From Acutalibacteraceae bacterium (GTDB lineage: Bacteria > Bacillota > Clostridia > Oscillospirales > Acutalibacteraceae), in NCBI GenBank assembly GCA_045587065.1, contig JAZNBQ010000044.1:1-59320 (forward strand): a DNA stretch of 59,320 nt. The letters are read 5' to 3'. The notes under the pieces are model-generated. The model searched no databases, was not told the DNA's origin, and saw only the letters and a list, made by a program, of their open reading frames with translations. A program made the translations under genes and the position numbers. Shown here in pieces: positions 44,888 through 51,228 of this stretch (positions are counted from its first letter, which is position 1; the number at the start of each line of letters is the position of its first letter).

Positions 44888-45832
44888 ATGAAAAAAATGA
44901 TTGTAAGTTACGTTTTAATTTTTACTATTATGATGGTGTCGTTGGGAAATAGTTCGGCTTCAGCAATTAGTGCCGATAATACCGAACACAAACAAATATA
45001 TAGATACGATGTTTCTACAGGTGAAGTTTCTACTGTAAAACGGCAAGACGTAATTACCAAAAAACAAACAGTCCAAACAAGGAGAACTGGCGACGGGGAA
45101 GAAGTGGCTTCTGTTAATCCTTGTCTATCAACAATTCCAGAACCGTCTCCCCGACATCTTTTGGGAAGCTGGACAAGAGTAAATTCTCCAAGAGTGTCAT
45201 CTCAATACAGAAGCACAGTATATATAACATACACAAAAAACGGCAATACCTGTAGAGCCACTGGTTTTATGATAGGCCCTAGAGCAGTGGCAACCTGTGG
45301 ACACGTTGTATATAGTCCAAACACAAATACTTATGCTTCTAATGTGGTTGTATATCCTGCTTATTCGGACTCAATAACACCGTATGGTTCTGCAACTGGA
45401 ACTGCTTTTTTAATTAATGAAGGATGGTATGAAGACAATAGTTCAGAATATGACTGGGCTGTTATAGAACTAAATAGCAATATAGGCGATACTGTAGGAT
45501 ATATGGGATTTCGTTGGCAAGGCTCTTCATATAACGGAACTAATTTCATGTCTAATGGATATCCTGCGCTTGTTGGGGGAACAGATAATTATTATATGTA
45601 TCGTTCTAATGGAACCGTTACAACAACCTATACGAGAGTATTATATAGTAACAACACGAATTCAGCAGAAGGCATGAGCGGCGGACCGGTATATATTGAA
45701 AGCGAAACGGCAGGTTATGTGGCAATCGCCTTAATATCTGGAGGAACACAAAGCGGAACAAATAATACTTATATCAGAATTACTGAAGAGGTATATGACT
45801 TGTTTGTTTCTTGTAGAAATGACAGAGTATAA
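44888..45832 (+). CDS. Secreted trypsin-like serine protease (S1B, glutamyl-endopeptidase/V8-like)
   Basis: ATG 44888 after GGAGGTG, with a signal peptide. Catalytic triad contexts ATCGHVV (His), DWAVIEL (Asp), GMSGGPVY (Ser). Confidence 0.8.
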   Translation: MKKMIVSYVLIFTIMMVSLGNSSASAISADNTEHKQIYRYDVSTGEVSTVKRQDVITKKQTVQTRRTGDGEEVASVNPCLSTIPEPSPRHLLGSWTRVNSPRVSSQYRSTVYITYTKNGNTCRATGFMIGPRAVATCGHVVYSPNTNTYASNVVVYPAYSDSITPYGSATGTAFLINEGWYEDNSSEYDWAVIELNSNIGDTVGYMGFRWQGSSYNGTNFMSNGYPALVGGTDNYYMYRSNGTVTTTYTRVLYSNNTNSAEGMSGGPVYIESETAGYVAIALISGGTQSGTNNTYIRITEEVYDLFVSCRNDRV

Positions 45833-45852
45833 TAAAGCTTAAGTGTTTATAT

Positions 45853-45887
45853 AAAAAAGGTCTCGCCTATACGGCGAGACCTTTTTG
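45853..45887. terminator. Bidirectional rho-independent terminator
   Basis: AGGTCTCGCC-tatac-GGCGAGACCT (10 bp) flanked by an A-run and a T-run. Confidence 0.85.
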
Positions 45888-45890
45888 TTC

Positions 45891-46145
45891 TTATTCTTTT
45901 CCTAAAAGCCAGTCTACAGAAACTGAAAGTATTTCAGAAAGGGCTTTAAGTTCTATATCTGAAACAGGTCGTTTTTGTCCTTCTAATAACGACAGGGCAG
46001 GGGTGCTTATTTCAATGCCCATAAGCTGAAGTTTAGCAAGAAGGTCTTTTTGTTTCATGTCTTTTCTGTTGCGAGCAAGTGTTACTCGTGCTCCGACAAT
46101 ATTTTTGTTTCCAAGTTCTAATTTTCTCGGTTTCAAGACCTTCAC
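45891..46145 (-). CDS. XRE-family helix-turn-helix transcriptional regulator
   Basis: 84 aa. GARVTLARNRKDMKQKDLLAKLQLMGIEISTPALSLLEGQKRPVSDIELKALSEIL. Confidence 0.8.
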   Translation of the reverse strand: MKVLKPRKLELGNKNIVGARVTLARNRKDMKQKDLLAKLQLMGIEISTPALSLLEGQKRPVSDIELKALSEILSVSVDWLLGKE

Positions 46146-46178
46146 CTCTTTCTAAATTTATTATATGTTAGAAAAAGG

Positions 46179-46207
46179 TTGATTTATTTGGTATTACCAA
46201 ATATAAT
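46179..46207 (+). promoter_or_regulatory. Consensus-like promoter whose 17-nt spacer is a perfect palindromic operator
   Basis: TTGATT (46179-46184), 17 nt, then TATAAT (46202-46207). The palindrome ATTTGGTA-T-TACCAAAT (46186-46202) fills the spacer. Confidence 0.65.
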
Positions 46208-46255
46208 ATAATTAATTTGGCTATACTAAATAAAAACTGTAAAGGAAGTAACAAT

Positions 46256-46411
46256 ATGGCAGATTACAAACAAATGTACTTAACACTACTTGATGCAACA
46301 GAAAAAGCGATAGAAACCTTAGTGAGTGCACAAAGGGCGGCAGAAGAAATTTATATCGATACGACAGACGAAAAAGAAAAGAAAGAACTTAAACTTGTTA
46401 AAAAACAATGA
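46256..46411 (+). CDS. 51-aa helical hypothetical protein
   Basis: ATG 46256 after AAAGGAAG. MADYKQMYLTLLDATEKAIETLVSAQRAAEEIYI...; followed by a strong terminator. Confidence 0.55.
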   Translation: MADYKQMYLTLLDATEKAIETLVSAQRAAEEIYIDTTDEKEKKELKLVKKQ

Positions 46412-46417
46412 GTTAGA

Positions 46418-46454
46418 TAAAAACAAGACAGTCAATAGACTGTCTTGTTTTTTG
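46418..46454 (+). terminator. Rho-independent terminator
   Basis: AAACAAGACAGTC-aata-GACTGTCTTGTTT (13 bp) followed by a T-run. Confidence 0.85.
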
Positions 46455-46482
46455 TGTACGGTGCTATCGCACCTATTAGTTG

Positions 46483-46570
46483 GAATCTTCTTAAAATTTA
46501 CACAGAAAAATAAAAAAGACCACACCTTACGGCGTAGTCTTTTCTATTTTTGGCGCGCTGAAGAAGATTC
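46483..46570. repeat. Direct repeat copy 1 (~87 bp): degenerate copy of the tRNA-Arg downstream hairpin plus the last 20 nt of the tRNA
   Basis: Aligns by eye with 46666-46752 and contains an exact 20-mer, tggcgcgctgaagaagattc (46551-46570 = 46733-46752). Confidence 0.8.
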
Positions 46571-46596
46571 CCTCCGGTGCTGTCGCACCTATCAGG
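46551..46596 (-). pseudogene. tRNA-Arg 3'-end remnant (truncated pseudo-tRNA)
   Basis: The first 20 nt are identical to the 3' end of the intact tRNA-Arg, after which the sequence diverges and loses the anticodon arm. A related segment, ggtgctRtcgcacctatNag, recurs at 46460-46479 and 46576-46595. Confidence 0.6.
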
Positions 46597-46665
46597 CACA
46601 CGTCGGCAAAAACAGTCCACCGGACTGTTTTCTTCCGAAAGCCAAGGGCTTTCTCCCTCCTTTTC

Positions 46666-46752
46666 GAATCTTCTTATATAGATGCACACAAAAATAAAAA
46701 AGACTACACCTTACGGAATAGTCTTTTTATTTTGGCGCGCTGAAGAAGATTC
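46666..46752. repeat. Direct repeat copy 2 (includes the 3' end of the functional tRNA-Arg and its downstream hairpin)
   Basis: See copy 1. Both copies are bounded by GAATCTTCTT...AAGAAGATTC inverted termini. Confidence 0.8.
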
Positions 46753-46809
46753 GAACTCCCGACCTTTTGGTCCGTAGCCAAACGCTCTATCCAGCTGAGC
46801 TATCAGCGC
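46733..46809 (-). tRNA. tRNA-Arg (anticodon ACG), CCA encoded
   Basis: The reverse complement reads GCGCTGATAGCTCAGCTGGATAGAGCGTTTGGCTACGGACCAAAAGGTCGGGAGTTCGAATCTTCTTCAGCGCGCCA: a cloverleaf with anticodon loop CT-ACG-GA. Confidence 0.93.
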
Positions 46810-46835
46810 GTACACTTATTTTTGAGTGCCAAAAT

Positions 46836-46864
46836 ATAATACCACACTTTGTTTGAAATATCAA
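46836..46864 (-). promoter_or_regulatory. Sigma-A promoter (extended -10) for tRNA-Arg
   Basis: The minus strand reads TTGATA (46864-46859), 17 nt ending in TGg, then TATTAT (46841-46836), about 27 nt upstream of the tRNA 5' end. Confidence 0.6.
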
Positions 46865-47110
46865 GTGTTTTTTTAAAAATTTTATTTTGGGTGTCATAAT
46901 GTCAAAATGGAAAAATAAGGATTTGTTAATAACCTGTTTAAAACGGTGCAAAACTCGTTTAGTAACATTAACAGGTAACGGCAAACCGCCATTTTTCGAC
47001 CTTTTCTTCAAAAAGTTTTCCACATTACCAACAGAGTTATTAACAATTGCTACGTTGCACAGGTTTACATAATAAAAATTTAAGTAAAAATTTTTACCGA
47101 TTTTGCCTAC

Positions 47111-47155
47111 AAAAATAGAGGATATGTTAATTTAAAAGACATATCCTCTATAATT
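47111..47155 (-). terminator. Rho-independent terminator after the 250-aa hypothetical gene
   Basis: TAGAGGATATGT-(11 nt)-ACATATCCTCTA 12-bp stem, with TTTTT on the minus strand. Confidence 0.8.
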
Positions 47156-47156
47156 T

Positions 47157-47909
47157 TTAGTCGGTATATTTAAGTGCTTCGGTAAACTTTTTATTCTTTC
47201 CTAAAAGAGCAACCTGATGGTTAACACAAGTAATAAGGTTCTGACAGTCGGCCATATATTCAACTGCCGCTTTAAAACGAGCTTCGTTTTTACCGATAGC
47301 CGCGGTAAAGAGTGCAACAACTGTTGTGGAGGTTGCGTTATCCCCTGTAACAAAGAGGCTAACCAGTAAATCAACAAGCTTCTTTACTGCCTTTTTATTT
47401 CCACTGTCTAACGTTTTCTTGATTTCAGGCACAAAATAGGTCATATAAAAATCAAGATACAAGAACTTGCCCTTTTCTGCGGTTTCGCTCTTGTAGGTTT
47501 CCTTTAAGTTAGGATAAACCGAAAGAAGTTTTGTTGTAAGGGTGTTTATTGTAACTGCATCTCCCTTAGCTGCGGTTGGCAGGTCAACTGCGGTTGCAGA
47601 ATTTCTGCGAACAGGTTTAATATCCAGAACCTTTTTTAATGTGTCAACAAAATCTATTGCAACACACTGAGCGTCCTTTGCATTGTGACTTTCATCAAAA
47701 AGATAGGCGGAGATTTCTGTCTCGTCTCCTGCAGTGCCCTCTTCGTTAAGGTCTGCTTTTAAAAGGGTGTAAACCTTTCTTGCCTCGTCATATTTAATAG
47801 AAACAGAAATTTTTTCGTTTTGGAATTTGCCGTCAGATTCTTTAAAGCCGTTTGAGTTTAAAAACTCCTGCATATTTTCAATTACTACGTCGTAAAACTT
47901 GTTTTCCAT
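47157..47909 (-). CDS. Hypothetical cytoplasmic protein (250 aa)
   Basis: Long ORF with RBS AAGGAGTGA. No motif I can assign. Confidence 0.6.
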   Translation of the reverse strand: MENKFYDVVIENMQEFLNSNGFKESDGKFQNEKISVSIKYDEARKVYTLLKADLNEEGTAGDETEISAYLFDESHNAKDAQCVAIDFVDTLKKVLDIKPVRRNSATAVDLPTAAKGDAVTINTLTTKLLSVYPNLKETYKSETAEKGKFLYLDFYMTYFVPEIKKTLDSGNKKAVKKLVDLLVSLFVTGDNATSTTVVALFTAAIGKNEARFKAAVEYMADCQNLITCVNHQVALLGKNKKFTEALKYTD

Positions 47910-47967
47910 AATGTCACTCCTTAATTTCCATTAGTATAACACAAAAAGTGATATTTGTCACTAAATT

Positions 47968-48642
47968 TTATATTTGCCAGTCAATAGGTGTTTTACCGGC
48001 TTTTATTAAAATTTCATTGGTTTTAGAGAAATGCTTACACCCAAAAAATCCGCCGTATGCCGAAAGGGGACTTGGGTGCACAGTTTCCAGTTTTATGTGA
48101 ATAGGATTTGTAATAAGTTTTGCCTTGTTTTTGGCGTTGGCGCCCCACAGAAGAAAGACGATGGGACTTTCTTTTTTGTTAAGCTCTGAAATAACCCTAT
48201 CGGTAAATTCTTCCCAACCTTTTCCTTTATGGGAGTTAGGACTTGCTTCCCTGACAGTTAAAACAGTGTTCAAAAGCAAAACACCTTGCTCTGCCCAGTG
48301 GGTAAGTTCGCCGTGACCTGTATATTTAAATCCCACGTCACTTTCAAGCTCTTTAAATATGTTTTTAAGAGAAGGGGGAGGCTCTACCCCCTTTTTTACC
48401 GAAAAGCACATTCCGTGAGCCTGACCAAAAGCGTGATAAGGGTCCTGTCCGATAATAACCACCTTGGTGTCCTCAAAGGAGGAGGCCTTAAGGGAATTGA
48501 AAATATCGTTCATAGGAGGGTATATGCGCCTAGAAGAATATTCACTCTTTAAAAACTGTCTTAGGTTTTTATAATAATCCTTATTAAATTCATCTGCAAG
48601 AATTTTGTCCCAATCGTTACCCAAATTAACCATTGTTCTCAT
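47968..48642 (-). CDS. ung: Uracil-DNA glycosylase (family 1)
   Basis: VVIIGQDPYH, GVEPPPSLKNIF, GVLLLNTVLTV, VHPSPLSA. The start may be the internal ATG at 48633. Confidence 0.93.
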   Translation of the reverse strand: MRTMVNLGNDWDKILADEFNKDYYKNLRQFLKSEYSSRRIYPPMNDIFNSLKASSFEDTKVVIIGQDPYHAFGQAHGMCFSVKKGVEPPPSLKNIFKELESDVGFKYTGHGELTHWAEQGVLLLNTVLTVREASPNSHKGKGWEEFTDRVISELNKKESPIVFLLWGANAKNKAKLITNPIHIKLETVHPSPLSAYGGFFGCKHFSKTNEILIKAGKTPIDWQI

Positions 48643-49345
48643 CCTTCGAAATTAAATCTATAACCTCTTTTGCAAGTAAAAGACCGGCGGCAAGGGGAAC
48701 AAATATTGCGCTTGAGGGGGCAGGTCTGTTGCCCTTTAACGCTCCGGTGCTTTCTGCGGAGCAGGGCTTTTCGTCAGACCAGACAACCCTTAATGAATCA
48801 ACGCCCTTTGCCTTTAATTCTTTTCTCATAACTCTGGCAAGGGGACAACCGCTTGTAGAAAAGAGGTCCCCTGTTTTTAGTCTTGTAAGGTCGGTTTTAT
48901 TTCCTGTACCCATACAGCTTATAACAGGGATGTTTTTTTCTCTTGCTCTTAAGATAATCTCAAGTTTTGCCGTTACTGTGTCAACGGCATCAATAACTGC
49001 ATCAAAGTCTTTAAAATCTATACTATCTGCATTTTCAGGCAGATAAAACATATCGTGAACAGTGATTTTGGTATCAGGAGAGATTTCTATAGCGCGAAGT
49101 CTTGCGGCTTCGGTTTTCTTAACGCCAAGGTTTTTGCTTGTAGCAATAATCTGTCTGTTTATATTAGAAGGGGAAACAGTATCAAAATCAAAAATATCAA
49201 TATGACCTACACCACTTCGAACTAAAGCCTCTAAAGCGGCACCGCCCACGCCCCCAAGTCCAAAAATTGCAATTCTGGAGCGTGAGAGCTTTTCCATTAC
49301 GTCTTTACCTAAAAGGGCTTCGGTTCTTGAAAAAATTTCCTTCAT
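48626..49345 (-). CDS. tcdA: tRNA threonylcarbamoyladenosine dehydratase (ThiF/E1-like, TcdA/CsdL)
   Basis: RIAIFGLGGVGGAALEALVRSGVGHIDIFDFDTVSPSNINRQ...; about 240 aa, single E1-like domain. Confidence 0.8.
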   Translation of the reverse strand: MKEIFSRTEALLGKDVMEKLSRSRIAIFGLGGVGGAALEALVRSGVGHIDIFDFDTVSPSNINRQIIATSKNLGVKKTEAARLRAIEISPDTKITVHDMFYLPENADSIDFKDFDAVIDAVDTVTAKLEIILRAREKNIPVISCMGTGNKTDLTRLKTGDLFSTSGCPLARVMRKELKAKGVDSLRVVWSDEKPCSAESTGALKGNRPAPSSAIFVPLAAGLLLAKEVIDLISKDENNG

Positions 49346-49347
49346 AC

Positions 49348-49980
49348 CTATTTCACGTTAACCTTTTTACATATATTATTAAGGACACATTTTTCGCAAT
49401 ATGCCTTTCGCGCGGTACAAACGGCTCTGCCGTGAAGCACCGTTCTGTGACAAAAGTCATTAGACTCGTTGGGCGGAAGAAGATTTCTAAGTTCTTTTTC
49501 CACCTTAAAGGGTTCTTTTTTATCTGTAAGACCTAATCGGTTTACTATTCTTATAAAATGGGTGTCGGTAACCACTGCAGGTTTTTTGTAAACGTCCCCA
49601 ACCACGAGATTTGCAGTTTTTCTGCCAACTCCTGAAAGGGTGGTAAGCTCCTCAATGGTATCAGGCACTCTTCCGTCAAAATTTTCGGTAATACCCTTTC
49701 CTATTTCTATTAAGGATTTAGCCTTTGTTTTATAAAGACCGCAAGTCTTTATAAGCTCCTCTACCTTTTCCAAGGAGGCTTCTGCCATGCTTTTTGCATC
49801 GGGAAAGGCGCCAAAAAGGGCAGGAGTTACCATATTAACTCTGGCGTCGGTACACTGGGCCGAAAGTCTTGTTGCAATAAGAAGCTGAAAGGGGTCAGAG
49901 TAGTTAAGAGAACAAATTGCCTCAGGGTACTCTTCCTTTAAAAGCTCCACCGCCTTTACGGCTCTTTCTTTTTTAGTCAT
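49348..49980 (-). CDS. nth: Endonuclease III
   Basis: HhH-GPD LSGVGRKTANLVVGD, with a C-terminal Cys cluster C-x6-C-x2-C-x5-C. Confidence 0.93.
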   Translation of the reverse strand: MTKKERAVKAVELLKEEYPEAICSLNYSDPFQLLIATRLSAQCTDARVNMVTPALFGAFPDAKSMAEASLEKVEELIKTCGLYKTKAKSLIEIGKGITENFDGRVPDTIEELTTLSGVGRKTANLVVGDVYKKPAVVTDTHFIRIVNRLGLTDKKEPFKVEKELRNLLPPNESNDFCHRTVLHGRAVCTARKAYCEKCVLNNICKKVNVK

Positions 49981-51020
49981 TAAACGTCAAGCCTCATATC
50001 GCCTTTTTTGATGAAGCCAAGTTTTCTCATTGCCTCACTAACACCAAATGCGATGACTGCAGGAAGAACAAACTGAATTAAAACAATCTGAAGAATAGAC
50101 ATTAAAGGTTCTGTGCCGGCGGCTGTCATAACCGAGTAGGTTTCAAAAGGACCTACAAGGCCTGAAGTTCCCATGCCGGAACCTGTTGCAGAACAAGGCA
50201 TTTTCAGGACCGCAGAAGCGACAGGACCTAAAATAGCACTTGCAACAATTGCAGGAAGCCAGATTATAGGCTTTTTAACAATGTTAGGCATCTGTAACAT
50301 AGAGGTACCGATTCCCTGGGAAACAAGACCGCCCCATTTATTGTCCTTGAAAGAGGCAATAGCAAAGCCTACCATATTACAACAACAACCAACAACTGCG
50401 GCGCCTGCGGCAAGGCCCGAAAGTTTTAAAGAAACGCCGATAGCGGCAGAAGAAATAGGCAAAGTAAGGCATATTCCCATAACTACAGAAACTATAATTC
50501 CGCCGATAATTGGTTGTTTTTCTACGTTAATGTTAACAATAGAACCAATCCAGGCCATAAAGGTAGAAATAGGAGGACCAAGAACAAGTCCTGCCACACT
50601 ACCTGTTAAAATAGAAACAAGAGGGGTAGCGATTATATCAACCTTTGTTTTACCTGAAACCAAAGAACCAAGCTCAATTGCTATGTAAGCGGCAATAAAG
50701 GCACCAAGAGGTTCGCCTGGTTTGCCTAAAGCAAAGGACTCTATATTTATATTAGGAAAGGCGCCCACAAGACCTGCAACTGCCGCAGAGACAGAAACAA
50801 GAGGAGAGGCCTTAAGCTTAGCAGCAACGCCAACACCGATACCTGCACCTGTTACGGTTTTAGCAAAGCTACCGATAACAGTAAGATATGTGCCAACTGT
50901 ACCGCCAATCATGTTGCCGATTTGAACTACGATTGTACCTATAATAAGTGTGGCAAAAAGACCTGATGCCATACCTGAAAGTCCGTCAATAAAAAGTCGG
51001 TTAAGATATTTTTTAATCAA
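49980..51020 (-). CDS. PTS EIIC-like integral membrane protein (PTS_EIIC_2-type)
   Basis: 346 aa, highly hydrophobic and Gly/Ala-rich with about 10 TM. N-terminus MIKKYLNRLFIDGLSGMASGLFATLIIGTI. No EIIA/EIIB partner lies nearby. Confidence 0.5.
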   Translation of the reverse strand: MIKKYLNRLFIDGLSGMASGLFATLIIGTIVVQIGNMIGGTVGTYLTVIGSFAKTVTGAGIGVGVAAKLKASPLVSVSAAVAGLVGAFPNINIESFALGKPGEPLGAFIAAYIAIELGSLVSGKTKVDIIATPLVSILTGSVAGLVLGPPISTFMAWIGSIVNINVEKQPIIGGIIVSVVMGICLTLPISSAAIGVSLKLSGLAAGAAVVGCCCNMVGFAIASFKDNKWGGLVSQGIGTSMLQMPNIVKKPIIWLPAIVASAILGPVASAVLKMPCSATGSGMGTSGLVGPFETYSVMTAAGTEPLMSILQIVLIQFVLPAVIAFGVSEAMRKLGFIKKGDMRLDV

Positions 51021-51150
51021 TTTAATTCCCCCTAGAAAATGCTATACATATAAATATACCACTTTTAGCCTCAAAAAGCAAGATTATGAATAAAAACAAG
51101 AATCAAATTTTGTTTTTTGTAGTAATTGTTTGGTTTTTTGTTGTTTTTTA

Positions 51151-51179
51151 TTGACAAAGGTTGGTTTTTATATTAAAAT
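51151..51179 (+). promoter_or_regulatory. Sigma-A promoter of the GRE microcompartment operon
   Basis: TTGACA (51151-51156), 17 nt, then TAAAAT (51174-51179), preceded by a T-rich UP-like tract. Confidence 0.65.
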
Positions 51180-51228
51180 AAGATGGAATAAGTAGCATTT
51201 TTCAAAAATTTATCAGGAGGTCAATACC

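Noticed and set aside
46326-46697. 123-aa plus-strand ORF and 63-aa and 68-aa minus-strand ORFs.
   Set aside because: They run through terminator hairpins, tRNA remnants and direct repeats. They have no RBS, and their composition reflects the repeats rather than coding sequence.
44153-46733. Possibility that the sORF, lipoprotein, protease and XRE region is an intact prophage, ICE or genomic island at tRNA-Arg.
   Set aside because: No integrase, recombinase, relaxase, or capsid or terminase genes are present, and no distal att copy was found in the window. Only the repeat scars are reported, and no mobile_element feature is called.
46787-47072. 78-aa minus-strand ORF and 61-aa plus-strand ORF next to tRNA-Arg.
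   Set aside because: The minus ORF overlaps the tRNA and its promoter. The plus ORF has no RBS and encodes an implausible basic, low-complexity product.
47946-47963. GTGA-N6-TCAC motif (AAGTGATATTTGTCACTA), resembling a Rex or CRP/FNR-type operator, upstream of the 250-aa hypothetical gene.
   Set aside because: Only the 4-bp cores match; the flanks deviate from TTGTGAA/TTCACAA. A single weak site is insufficient for a call.
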